Part shown: in pieces, positions 1 through 9,195 of the stretch
Position numbering within the stretch: position 1 is the stretch's first letter
How the letters are laid out: each line of letters starts with the position of its first letter
NCBI GenBank assembly: GCA_038997305.1
Contig: JAWAZZ010000001.1
Location: 44,159 to 108,158, forward strand
From: Candidatus Aenigmatarchaeota archaeon
Lineage (GTDB): Archaea > Aenigmatarchaeota > Aenigmatarchaeia > CG10238-14 > SpSt-28
Direction of reading: 5' to 3'
Length of the DNA stretch: 64,000 nt
Position numbers and translations under genes: made by a program
The notes under the pieces: model-generated
The model's input: the letters and a program-made list of their open reading frames with translations, nothing else
What the model was told of the DNA's origin: nothing
The model's database searches: none

Positions 1-199
1 TTATTTGCGCATCCTTTACGTATCTCTTTCTTACTATGTTTGCTACATCTACTGCCCTACTTATTGCCCTGCCTCTTGCTCTTATTTTTACTTCTTTTTG
101 TCCTGCTCCGAACTGAGTTATTACTGCTAGGATATAGCTCATTATAGGCTTCTTTCCTATTAGTATTACATTGTCTTCTTTCTTTACTTCTGCTACCAT
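1..199 (-). CDS. albA: DNA/RNA-binding protein Alba (partial; 3' end of gene runs off window start)
   Basis: Minus-strand translation from the ATG at 197-199 gives [66 protein letters not shown] with no stop before position 1. This matches the Alba core (VVLIGKKPVMNYV...KARGRAISKAVDV). It is absent from the ORF track because it touches the window edge. Confidence 0.7.
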   Translation of the reverse strand, partial: MVAEVKKEDNVILIGKKPIMSYILAVITQFGAGQKEVKIRARGRAISRAVDVANIVRKRYVKDAQI

Positions 200-231
200 T
201 CTAAATAAATGCAATTAAAAAATATAAATTT

Positions 232-591
232 ATGGTTGATTTTCAAAGCGTTTTATATGGGTTTGTATTACCCTTTTTTCTATTTTTTCTAATAATTTTT
301 GCATTATTAAGAAGGACTAAAATTTTTGGTGAATATAATATAGAATTTGGAATATCTTTTATAATAGCCTTTTTAGGAACATACTGGCTTTATAATAACA
401 ATCTGTCTCAAGTTTTAATATCTTCTACAGGAATATTAATAGTAGTTCTTTTTGTAGCTGCTATAATACTTTCTATTGCATACAAATCTTATTCTAAAGT
501 TAAAGAAGAAGAGTTAGAGGCTAAAAAAAGAATTCAAAAAGCAAGACAAGAATTACAACAAATACAAGAAAACAAGAAAAATAATAAATGA
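232..591 (+). CDS. hypothetical small membrane protein (3 predicted TM helices, charged Lys/Glu-rich C-terminal tail)
   Basis: ATG start. It has hydrophobic helices and a KEEELEAKKRIQKARQELQQ tail. It is a paralog of the next ORF. Confidence 0.5.
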   Translation: MVDFQSVLYGFVLPFFLFFLIIFALLRRTKIFGEYNIEFGISFIIAFLGTYWLYNNNLSQVLISSTGILIVVLFVAAIILSIAYKSYSKVKEEELEAKKRIQKARQELQQIQENKKNNK

Positions 592-869
592 CGGACTTAA
601 TAATAGCTTTAGCATTCTTTTTTCTTGTTTATTTGTTGGTTTTTGGGATCTTAAGAAGATTAAATATTTTTTCTAGGTGGATTAATTTTATAATATCTTT
701 TTCGGTTGCCTTTTATTCTTTTTTACTTTTTAACTATTATGATCTCTTTTCTAAGTTTTTAGCTTTTATGTTTTTTGTCTTACTATTCTTTTTATTTGCT
801 ATATTAGTATATTCATCTTTAGTACTGACAAGAAGAGAGTGGAAAGAAGAAAAAGAAGAAAATAAATAA
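588..869 (+). CDS. hypothetical small membrane protein, paralog of 232..591
   Basis: It overlaps the upstream stop codon. It shares the ILRR..IF..ISF..AF pattern and an EEKEE tail with its neighbour. Confidence 0.5.
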   Translation: MTDLIIALAFFFLVYLLVFGILRRLNIFSRWINFIISFSVAFYSFLLFNYYDLFSKFLAFMFFVLLFFLFAILVYSSLVLTRREWKEEKEENK

Positions 870-894
870 TTATAAAAGCAAAATATAATATATT

Positions 895-1545
895 ATGCCT
901 ACTTTAAGGAGTGGTGCAGTTATAGTTGGAGCATATGCGACAAAAATAAGAAAAACTTTGTTTGCTCAGCTAAGAGATAAAGTAAAGTCTAAAGAGATGA
1001 GTGGACAAGAAGTAGCTAGAGCTGCAGGAGAAATTAATAAAATGTTATATGTTCTTTTTGTAGAGAAATTAAGATTAGATAAAGGGGATGTTGTTAGAGT
1101 AACAATAGATTATGATGTAACTCCAGAGAATCAAATTGTCTGGAATTATCAAACTTTAAAAGTAGAAGCTTATCGAAAAGTTCCTGAAGATGAAGTTAAT
1201 AGATATTTAAATGAAATATTAGAAGGGATTCAAAAAGTTTCTCAACTAAATGTTGAAGAATATGTAATAGAAAAAGTGAGAGAAACAAAATTAGGCGATA
1301 TTATTTTTGATATTAAAAGAGATAAAAAAATAGTTGGAATATTAATCGCTACTAATATAGATGATGAAGTTATAGTTAGGGGCGCAATAAAAAACCCACC
1401 ATTTTTAATTAAAAAACAAAAAATAAAATTCGAAGAGAGTATCGAAAATTCTGTTGCTAAAAACTTCCATAATTTGTTAAGAGGAGCAATTCCAACTAGC
1501 GAAGAAGAGGCAGAAAAAACAATAAAAGAAATTAGAGAACTTTAA
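895..1545 (+). CDS. conserved hypothetical protein (soluble, 216 aa)
   Basis: Clean ATG ORF with a 1-nt overlap (TAATG) with endonuclease V downstream. I recognise no family. Confidence 0.5.
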   Translation: MPTLRSGAVIVGAYATKIRKTLFAQLRDKVKSKEMSGQEVARAAGEINKMLYVLFVEKLRLDKGDVVRVTIDYDVTPENQIVWNYQTLKVEAYRKVPEDEVNRYLNEILEGIQKVSQLNVEEYVIEKVRETKLGDIIFDIKRDKKIVGILIATNIDDEVIVRGAIKNPPFLIKKQKIKFEESIENSVAKNFHNLLRGAIPTSEEEAEKTIKEIREL

Positions 1546-2153
1546 TGAATTCTCTCTTAAAATTTTTCTATCACTTTCAAAATCTTATAGCTAAAAATGT
1601 AAAGATAGAATATTTGAATTTTAATTTTGTTGATAAAATTGCTTTTCTAGATTGTGGATATAAAAAAGATAAAATAAAATGTGTTTGTGTAATTTTTAGC
1701 AAAAAAGAAAATAAAATCGAAAGTGTTGATGAAATAATAGATACGCCAGCATTTCCTTATATTCCAACTTTTTTGTTTTTAAGAGAAGCTCCATTTATGT
1801 TAGAACTAATAGAAAGAAATAAAGCAGATCTGTATGTAATAGATGGCCATGGATTGTCCCATCCAAGAAAAGCTGGAATAGCAACTGTAGTAGGAGTTTT
1901 AAAAGATATTTCATGTATAGGTATTGCCAAAAAATTTTTGTTTGGAGAAATAAGAGAAGATAAAATCTTTGTAGAAAATGAGATTGTTGGTCTAAAATTT
2001 AAAAAATATTACATAAGCATCGGAAACAAAGTTGATATAAATACTTTAAGAGAGTTTCTGGAATTTTTTGGTTACGAATATCCTTGGCCAATGGAGTTAG
2101 CAGATAAGATTTCTAAAGATTTTTCTACTTCTCCAAGTAAGAAATTAGAATAA
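1545..2153 (+). CDS. nfi: endonuclease V
   Basis: Motif YVIDGHGLSHPRKAGIATVVGV matches the Endo V signature DG.G..HPR..G.A.H.G. The length is about 200 aa. Confidence 0.75.
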   Translation: MNSLLKFFYHFQNLIAKNVKIEYLNFNFVDKIAFLDCGYKKDKIKCVCVIFSKKENKIESVDEIIDTPAFPYIPTFLFLREAPFMLELIERNKADLYVIDGHGLSHPRKAGIATVVGVLKDISCIGIAKKFLFGEIREDKIFVENEIVGLKFKKYYISIGNKVDINTLREFLEFFGYEYPWPMELADKISKDFSTSPSKKLE

Positions 2154-3388
2154 ACTTCTTTTACTTTCACTTCTACAAATTTTCCAAATTCTGCATTTTT
2201 TAAGAATATAGGTTTATAATAAATATTTCTTGCAATAAACCCATTATCAACCTTTTCATCTACTAATGCAACTCCTTTCCAATCTTTCCATTTTTTATTG
2301 TTTTCTAATGAAATTTCTCTGATTAAACTATGTAATATCTTCGATCTTTCATCAACTATTTTTGAATGTAATTGCTTTAATGTTGCTGCATATGTATTTG
2401 GCCTTGGAGAAAATTTTGATAGATTTACAACATCTGGTCTTAAATTTTTCAGTAATTCTATAGTTTGTTCAAAATCTTTTTCTGTTTCTGTTGGATATCC
2501 AACTATTATATCTGTCGCGATTGTTATGTTTTTTACTTTTCTCCTAAAAATATTAACCCAATCCATAAACTCTTCGATAGTATATCCTCTTCTCATATGC
2601 TTTAAAACTTCATTAGAACCACTTTGAACTGGAACATGTAAAAATTTGAATATTTTTTCATCATTAAATAACTCAGCCAGTTTTTCAACTTCTAATTTTT
2701 TAAAGTGTAAAGGGTTCATCATCCCAACTCTTATCCAAAACTTTCCTTCAATTTCTATTAAACTTTCTAATAAATCTATGAGAGTTACTCCTATATCTCT
2801 TCCATACGCAGAATTATCTTGTGAGGTTATCCATATTTCTTTTGCTCCGTTTTTGACTGCATTAATTACTTTTTCTTTTATATCGCTTATCCTATAGCTA
2901 GTTAAGTTTCCTTTTGCCAATTTCGTTTCGCAAAATGTGCAGAAAGATAAACAACCAGATGCAATCTGAATTATTTCTATTATAGGATTGAATCTTATAG
3001 AAGGTAATTTTGCTTTGTTAGCATTTCCATTAAGTTCAACTCTTTTTATTCCTCTTAATGTATCTATTGTAACTTCAACAATCTTATCTATAGAATTTGG
3101 AGAAATTATACTTGCATTAGGATTTAATTTTTCTATTCTTTCTTTTTCTGCCTTTGCCATACAACCAGCAACTATTAATGGCTTTTTTAAAGAAGATAAA
3201 AATCTTATTCTTGATATCATTCTGCTTGCTGTTGCTTGTTTTACAACGCAAGTATTTATAATGTTTACATCAGCATTTTTTGGATTATCAACTATTTCAA
3301 AATTCGCATTTTTTAATAGAGCTAACATTATTTCGCTATCGTTCTTATTTGCGGCACATCCATATGTTTCTAAATAAACCTTTGGCAT
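2072..3388 (-). CDS. MiaB/RimO-family radical SAM methylthiotransferase (archaeal MtaB/CDKAL1-like, t6A37 methylthiotransferase)
   Basis: N-terminal MTTase domain VYLETYGCAANKNDSE. A radical SAM cysteine cluster CLSFCTFC and a TRAM-like C-terminus are present. Length 438 aa. Confidence 0.8.
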   Translation of the reverse strand: MPKVYLETYGCAANKNDSEIMLALLKNANFEIVDNPKNADVNIINTCVVKQATASRMISRIRFLSSLKKPLIVAGCMAKAEKERIEKLNPNASIISPNSIDKIVEVTIDTLRGIKRVELNGNANKAKLPSIRFNPIIEIIQIASGCLSFCTFCETKLAKGNLTSYRISDIKEKVINAVKNGAKEIWITSQDNSAYGRDIGVTLIDLLESLIEIEGKFWIRVGMMNPLHFKKLEVEKLAELFNDEKIFKFLHVPVQSGSNEVLKHMRRGYTIEEFMDWVNIFRRKVKNITIATDIIVGYPTETEKDFEQTIELLKNLRPDVVNLSKFSPRPNTYAATLKQLHSKIVDERSKILHSLIREISLENNKKWKDWKGVALVDEKVDNGFIARNIYYKPIFLKNAEFGKFVEVKVKEVYSNFLLGEVEKSLEILSANSIGQGYS

Positions 3389-3392
3389 AAAA

Positions 3393-4460
3393 TTATTTGG
3401 AAGAAATTTCTTTTTTAGGTATAATCCATCTATTTACGTACCTCTCTTTATTTTGTAATACAACTATTCTAGATCTTTCATCTTCATCCATATATTCGAA
3501 GTTTGGTAAGTATTTTAATAATTCGAAAGCCCATTCTTTTACTTCTTCATGTTTTAGCATATCTTCTCTCTTTAATCTTTTAGTCGATAAACCTAAATGC
3601 ATATAAGATTTTATTTCAATGAAATGTGGATTTCCTTTTTTGATTAATTCAGCCCATAACGGAATCTTTGATTTATCATAGTTCAAACTTCTTATTAATG
3701 TTATTCTTATTACAGTTCTACAACTTGCTCTAGATAAAAATTCTAAACTTTTGTTCCATCTTTCCCAAGCATCTTTATATAATGGCACATTAACTCTTTT
3801 GAAAGTTTCAGCATCTGCTGCGTTCATAGATAAATAGAGTTGAGTAGGTAATGCATCTTCTTTTTGTAATTTTTCCAACATTTCTGGTTCTTGGCCATTG
3901 GTTACTAAAAAAACAGATTTTGTTGATGGTAGGCTTTTTAAAAACTTTATTAGTTTCGGTAATTTTGGATACATTGTTGGTTCACCACTTAATGATATTG
4001 CATAATGAGAAGGATAGTTATTGAAGACATACTCAAAAACTTTTCTGTTTACTTTTGGATTTCCACCAAAACCTGTAAGTAATCTTTTCCATTCTTTTAA
4101 TAAATTTTCGAATATTTCTTCTGGCTCATCTACTTTGTTTTCATCTAATTTTAATGTTTTGTAAAATTCTGTTGGTCTCCAACAATATACACATCTATTT
4201 TGGCAAAACATTCCAGAAGGACTAAATTGCATACATCTTAAGGCTTCTATTCCATAGAACTTTACTTTATAACAGCCCATTTCTCCTTCTAACGCTTTTT
4301 CTTGCCAATGACAAATTTCTATAGTAGAATGATTATAAACTCCATATCCAGCTTTTCTTAATCTTTTTTCAGTTTCTTTATCAATTTTTATTCTTCCATC
4401 TACTTCTGGTTCTTTTTCCAAATCTTCTTCGCTATAATCTTCGCATTTTTCAATGCTCAT
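3393..4460 (-). CDS. taw1: tRNA 4-demethylwyosine synthase Taw1/TYW1 (radical SAM)
   Basis: Contains MQFSPSGMFCQNRCVYCWRP with the CxxxCxxC motif. Overall similarity to archaeal Taw1, about 340 aa. Confidence 0.8.
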   Translation of the reverse strand: MSIEKCEDYSEEDLEKEPEVDGRIKIDKETEKRLRKAGYGVYNHSTIEICHWQEKALEGEMGCYKVKFYGIEALRCMQFSPSGMFCQNRCVYCWRPTEFYKTLKLDENKVDEPEEIFENLLKEWKRLLTGFGGNPKVNRKVFEYVFNNYPSHYAISLSGEPTMYPKLPKLIKFLKSLPSTKSVFLVTNGQEPEMLEKLQKEDALPTQLYLSMNAADAETFKRVNVPLYKDAWERWNKSLEFLSRASCRTVIRITLIRSLNYDKSKIPLWAELIKKGNPHFIEIKSYMHLGLSTKRLKREDMLKHEEVKEWAFELLKYLPNFEYMDEDERSRIVVLQNKERYVNRWIIPKKEISSK

Positions 4461-4507
4461 AAATATAACAATGTTATATCTATAAATATTGGAACAATAA
4501 TTTTATT

Positions 4508-4843
4508 ATGAAACTTTTATGTGAAATAATGAGTAACGAATTTTTGCCCATAGTTAGGGCTATGATTTCAAAAATACTAATAGAAAAATATGGATATACT
4601 CAATCTGAAGTTGCAGAGGTCTTAGGAGTAAGTCAACCATTAATTTCTTTTTATCTTTCTGGATTGAGAGCCAAAAACGTAAAAAAATTTTTAGAAACAA
4701 AAAAAGAAATTTTAGAAAAAATAGAAGATCTATGCAGAGATATTGTTTACAAAAATATAAAGGACGAAGAATTAGCAAGCAAAATTATTGAAATAGCAAA
4801 GGATATTTATAAAGATAGTGATATAATAATTCCTTGTAAATGA
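4508..4843 (+). CDS. small helix-turn-helix protein, putative transcriptional regulator
   Basis: The GYTQSEVAEVLGVSQPLISFYLSG segment is a typical HTH. Length 111 aa. Confidence 0.45.
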   Translation: MKLLCEIMSNEFLPIVRAMISKILIEKYGYTQSEVAEVLGVSQPLISFYLSGLRAKNVKKFLETKKEILEKIEDLCRDIVYKNIKDEELASKIIEIAKDIYKDSDIIIPCK

Positions 4844-6088
4844 TCATTCGTATCTTAATGCTTCTATTGCCTCCAAGTTTGCTGCTCTTCTTGCTGGGAA
4901 ATATCCAGCTATAATTCCAGACAAAAATCCTATTATTAAACTTATTAGGATTGATATAGGCTCTATAATAATTATTGTCTCTAAATTTCTTCTAGAAAAA
5001 CTTTCTAACATATATACTTGCATGGTTGATTGGATTCCTACAGAAAGTAAGATTCCTATCAAACAACCTATTATAGAACCTATTAATCCTATTATTGCTG
5101 ATTCAAATAGAAATAATTTTAGTATGTCACTCTTCTTCGCACCTATAGCTTTTAGAATTCCTATTTCTTTTGTTCTCTCTAAAACAGAAGTAAACATCGT
5201 GTTTGAAATACCTATGCTACCAACTATTATAGACACAGCAGCTATAGCTAGCATGAAAAAAGAAATCGTACTAACAGTTTCAGAAACAATATTTCTGTAA
5301 AATGCTGGAGTTATTACTGAGAAAGTTTCTTTTCCTTCTTCTTCCTTTCTTAATTTTAATAAAAGATTGTAAATTTTATTTCCAACATCTTCAATATCAT
5401 ATCCCTCTTTAACTTTTACAACTATAGTAGTTATTTGATTAGATATATTGGTAATTTTTTCTAAATCACTAAAGGATATAAAAATCGCTCTATCAATAGA
5501 GCTCAAAAGACCTCCAGCTTCGTTAAATATGCCTACAACCTTAAAAGTTTTATTTGCTATTTCTATTTTATCACCAACCTTTATTTCTTTTTTAAAGAAT
5601 TCCTTAGATGCTCTATATCCAATAACAGCTTCATAAGAAGATGTTATAAATCTTCCATCATACAAACCTATTCTTTCTATCTCTATTTTTTGCCAATCCT
5701 TCAAACCATATACACCATAAACGTTTAATCTATATGTTTCTCTTTCAAAACTTACTGGTAAAGTTGACGTATAAACTCCATACGCACTATCTACACCTTC
5801 AATCTTCTTAATCTTTTCAATATCATCTGTTGAAAAAAGAACGTTCGTTCTAACAACTCCACCAAACTGAGCTCTTCGTCCCATTTGAATTGGCAATATA
5901 GTTATTATATCTGAACCTAAATTTCTTTGAAGATTATATGTGATTGTTTCTTGCATAGCCTTTCCTAGATTGAAAATAGCAATAAAAATCGCTGTACCTA
6001 TTATAATTCCTAAAATTGTTAAAAAACTTCTTAATTTCCTTCTTTGAATATTTCTAAGAATTATCTTAAGAATTTCTAGAAAGTTCAT
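4844..6088 (-). CDS. ABC transporter permease, FtsX/MacB-like
   Basis: N-terminal TM RKLRSFLTILGIIIGTA, a large extracytoplasmic loop, then three C-terminal TMs. This matches FtsX-family topology. Confidence 0.75.
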   Translation of the reverse strand: MNFLEILKIILRNIQRRKLRSFLTILGIIIGTAIFIAIFNLGKAMQETITYNLQRNLGSDIITILPIQMGRRAQFGGVVRTNVLFSTDDIEKIKKIEGVDSAYGVYTSTLPVSFERETYRLNVYGVYGLKDWQKIEIERIGLYDGRFITSSYEAVIGYRASKEFFKKEIKVGDKIEIANKTFKVVGIFNEAGGLLSSIDRAIFISFSDLEKITNISNQITTIVVKVKEGYDIEDVGNKIYNLLLKLRKEEEGKETFSVITPAFYRNIVSETVSTISFFMLAIAAVSIIVGSIGISNTMFTSVLERTKEIGILKAIGAKKSDILKLFLFESAIIGLIGSIIGCLIGILLSVGIQSTMQVYMLESFSRRNLETIIIIEPISILISLIIGFLSGIIAGYFPARRAANLEAIEALRYE

Positions 6089-6090
6089 TT

Positions 6091-7245
6091 CTATTTCTTT
6101 TTTCTTTTAAGATATTTTCTATAAATTAGGAAAAAGATAATTAAAACGATAAATATTCCTACAAATATGAAAATTGTTTGATTATTAAAGGCATTAGAAG
6201 TTATATTATTTTGTTGTCTTGGGAAAGCTCTCTGAATATTTCTGGGTATTGAAATGTTATAAGGTTCTATTTCTGATAGAGTGATATTTTTGGAGAATGT
6301 GCGTTTTTCGTTAAAAGTATCAAAATATTCTACTTTAATTCTAATAAAGTTAGTATTAGAGGTTAAATCTATGCTTTCATCTTCTCCAGCATCTAACTTA
6401 TCTATAATATAAGTTTTTTCATTTGCATGTATCATTAAATTCTTTGCTTTAGATAGACCAATATTAATTATTCTTAGAGTAACTATATTTCCACTAATAT
6501 CATCAATATAAACATCTATTTTTGGCTCACTAAAAACTTTTATCGAAAAAAGCTTACTTTCGTTAAAAATTTTTGGAAAATCTTCATTAAAATAGGTTAA
6601 AATCAATTGTACATAATAATATGCTGGAGGGATTTCTGGCATCGAAGAAATAGTAAAGGTTGTTACAAAACTTTCACCTACTCTAATTTCTTTAACATAT
6701 ATCTCGTCTGATGAAACGATTAAAGATGCTTGTGGAATTATTTTTATTTTTAAATCTTTTGCTGAAGAATATCCAGCATTATAAACCTCTAGAGAAACAT
6801 TTATACTTTTTCCTATTTCTAAATAATCTTGAGAAAAGTTAATGTTTCTAACGATCAATATAGGATTTCTCAATATTTTTATAGGGATGAATATAACAAA
6901 ATCTTTTTTTTCTGAATCAGAATAATAAGATATGTATGCTCTTATGTTAGAAGTTTTAGCATTGGAGCCAATTTTTATTAAAAAACTTTGAGAAAATTGA
7001 GAATTAGCAGCTAAGCTTTCTAATTCAAATTCTTTAGGAATAATTTCAATGTTTTTATCTTCACTTTCGAAAATTATCGATATGCTTCTTATTTCATTTT
7101 TTGTCGGATTTTGTAAATTTAAAATAAGAGTTGCAAAAGAATTTGGATAGATCTCTTTTTCTAATATTTGATAATTTACGTTTAGCTCACTTAAAGATAC
7201 AGACGCCACGAACAAGAATGCTATTAAAAATATGTAATTTTTCAT
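6091..7245 (-). CDS. secreted protein with C-terminal TM anchor, between the ABC permease and ATPase
   Basis: Signal peptide MKNYIFLIAFLFVASVSL and a C-terminal TM IFIFVGIFIVLIIFFLIYRKYLKRKKK. It appears co-oriented and operonic with the ABC genes. Confidence 0.5.
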   Translation of the reverse strand: MKNYIFLIAFLFVASVSLSELNVNYQILEKEIYPNSFATLILNLQNPTKNEIRSISIIFESEDKNIEIIPKEFELESLAANSQFSQSFLIKIGSNAKTSNIRAYISYYSDSEKKDFVIFIPIKILRNPILIVRNINFSQDYLEIGKSINVSLEVYNAGYSSAKDLKIKIIPQASLIVSSDEIYVKEIRVGESFVTTFTISSMPEIPPAYYYVQLILTYFNEDFPKIFNESKLFSIKVFSEPKIDVYIDDISGNIVTLRIINIGLSKAKNLMIHANEKTYIIDKLDAGEDESIDLTSNTNFIRIKVEYFDTFNEKRTFSKNITLSEIEPYNISIPRNIQRAFPRQQNNITSNAFNNQTIFIFVGIFIVLIIFFLIYRKYLKRKKK

Positions 7246-7925
7246 GTTTCTTCTAGCAGTTTTCCATCTTTTATTCTTATAACTCTATTCGAGTATTTTG
7301 TTAGTTCTATGTTATGAGTTACCATAATAATGGTTGTGCCATCTCTATTTATCTTTTTGAATATATTCATAACTTCTTCTGCAGATTTTGAATCCAAATT
7401 TCCTGTAGGTTCATCTGCCAACAAAATTTTTGGATTGTTTGCCAAAGCTCTAGCTATTGCAACTTTTTGTTGTTGTCCACCAGATAATTGATTTGGCTTA
7501 TTATAAAATCTGCTTTTTTCTAATCCAACCTTTTCTAATAATTCTTTTGCTCTTTCTTCGGCCTCTCTTTTCGATTTCCCAGCTAATAACATAGGTAACA
7601 TAACATTTTCTATCGCATTTAGATATGGAAATAAAAAGTAGAACTGAAAAACAAAACCTATTTTTTCTCTTCTTAATAGAGCTAATTCATTATCGTTTAA
7701 TTTGGAAACGTCTTTTCCATCTATTATGACTTTTCCCTTTGTTGGTTTATCTAAACAGCCAATAATATGTAAGAGAGTTGACTTTCCTGAACCAGAAGGA
7801 CCTAATAAACTTATAAATTCACCTTCCTTAACTTTTAAGTTTATACCCTTCAATACTGTAATTTCACTGTCTCCAATTTTATAACTTTTCCAAACATCTA
7901 TAAGCTTGATAATATCTTTTTTCAT
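7242..7925 (-). CDS. ABC transporter ATP-binding protein (MacB/LolD-like)
   Basis: Walker A GPSGSGKST, signature LSGGQQQKVAIARAL, Walker B LLADEPT. Start moved to the internal ATG (MKKDIIKLIDVWKSYK) because homologues begin there. Confidence 0.85.
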   Translation of the reverse strand: MKKDIIKLIDVWKSYKIGDSEITVLKGINLKVKEGEFISLLGPSGSGKSTLLHIIGCLDKPTKGKVIIDGKDVSKLNDNELALLRREKIGFVFQFYFLFPYLNAIENVMLPMLLAGKSKREAEERAKELLEKVGLEKSRFYNKPNQLSGGQQQKVAIARALANNPKILLADEPTGNLDSKSAEEVMNIFKKINRDGTTIIMVTHNIELTKYSNRVIRIKDGKLLEET

Positions 7926-7955
7926 AAATAATAGCAGCAATAATTTATTTATTTT

Positions 7956-8399
7956 ATGAAAATACTTTCTTTGCCTCCAGTAATTAAACATTTCGAAGCT
8001 TTTGGGGTTTTTGCTGATAAAAGATTTAAAAAAATCGATGAAGAAAATTATGAAGTAATTTCTTCAGATAATTCGAAAATTTATAGAGTTTATGTTAAGA
8101 GAAAAAATGAAAAAGAATTTTTTGTTTTTAGTAATGATAATGGAACAATTTTAAAAAACTATATTGGATATCCTATTTTAGTTGTTTTAATAGATATGAA
8201 AATTTTAAAGCTTGCAGACAATTATGAAAAACTCAAAGGAATTAAGTGGAAAGAACTTAATGAGAAATATAAAAACTATTCAAAAGTATTAGAAATAATA
8301 AAAAAAGATATTGGAGAAAGAGATTTTGAATTTTTAATGAAGATTGCAACAGAAAACCAAAACACTTTAAGAAATTTTATTTTCTATTTGAAAGGATGA
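7956..8399 (+). CDS. hypothetical protein
   Basis: ATG ORF of 147 aa with no recognisable motif. Confidence 0.4.
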   Translation: MKILSLPPVIKHFEAFGVFADKRFKKIDEENYEVISSDNSKIYRVYVKRKNEKEFFVFSNDNGTILKNYIGYPILVVLIDMKILKLADNYEKLKGIKWKELNEKYKNYSKVLEIIKKDIGERDFEFLMKIATENQNTLRNFIFYLKG

Positions 8400-9195
8400 A
8401 TTTTAGTTTTTTTAAGAATTGGAAAGCTATGCTCATCAAATTTATAGCATCCTCTTTTCTATTAATTAGAAATTCTGTAAAATCTAGTGCAATAAAATTT
8501 TTGATTTCTAATTCATTTATTAATTGATAGACTTCAAACATATTTAGTCCAAAAGCTTCTGGATAGTTTGAAGATATTAAATAATTTTCCATTACATCCA
8601 CATCAAAACTAACATAAACGTTCTCAAAAGAACTTAAAAAATCGTTAATCTTTTTTACGGAATCTTTAATGTTTTCTTTTATTTCAAAAGATGTCAAAAA
8701 ATTTATTTTTTCTTCTTTCAGAAAATTTTTTTCATCCTCATCTAAACTTCTTATTCCAATCAAAAAAATTCTATCTGAATCTATTAGTTCTACTAATCTT
8801 CTTAACCAAGTCGCTCTCGAATAATTACTTTCATAAAAATCCTTTACATCTGCATGAGCATCAAAAACTAAAATAGAAGAGTTTTCATCACAAATTCCTA
8901 CAGAAAATAAGGTTGTTAGATGATTACAAGAAAATATTATAGGAATTTTCTTATCTTGCTTTATTTTTAAAACTTTTTCATAGATTTCATCGAAATCTTT
9001 AAATTTCACATTTCCTAAGTCGCAAATATTTAAGTTTTCTAGGATATTTTCAAAACTTTTTGGATCTATTGGCTCAATATCTCCAAATTCTCTCAATTTT
9101 TCTAAATTTTTTCTTTCTTCGTCGTTTTGAAAAAAAGAAATTATACAGATTTTTGAGTCCTTATAGTTTGAAATTGCAAATTTGAATTTTTTCAT
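8377..9195 (-). CDS. arginase/agmatinase-family protein (divergent)
   Basis: DAHAD motif and SFDVDVM motif (SxDxDxxDP-like) are present. The first GGDHS-type motif is degenerate (SCNHL). Confidence 0.5.
   Translation of the reverse strand: MKKFKFAISNYKDSKICIISFFQNDEERKNLEKLREFGDIEPIDPKSFENILENLNICDLGNVKFKDFDEIYEKVLKIKQDKKIPIIFSCNHLTTLFSVGICDENSSILVFDAHADVKDFYESNYSRATWLRRLVELIDSDRIFLIGIRSLDEDEKNFLKEEKINFLTSFEIKENIKDSVKKINDFLSSFENVYVSFDVDVMENYLISSNYPEAFGLNMFEVYQLINELEIKNFIALDFTEFLINRKEDAINLMSIAFQFLKKLKFILSNRK

Noticed and set aside
1-199. A complete 66-aa mini-Alba
   Set aside because: The minus-strand frame has no stop before position 1, so the gene is simply cut by the window edge. It is not a short variant.
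2298-3377. Antisense ORFs 2298..2627, 2646..2897 and 2988..3377 (and similar: 4560..4778, 5022..5300, 27664..29861 minus-strand set, 33971..35308 set, 53550..53957)
   Set aside because: They are fully embedded opposite strongly supported genes, have low-complexity hydrophobic translations typical of AT-rich antisense frames, and have no independent evidence.
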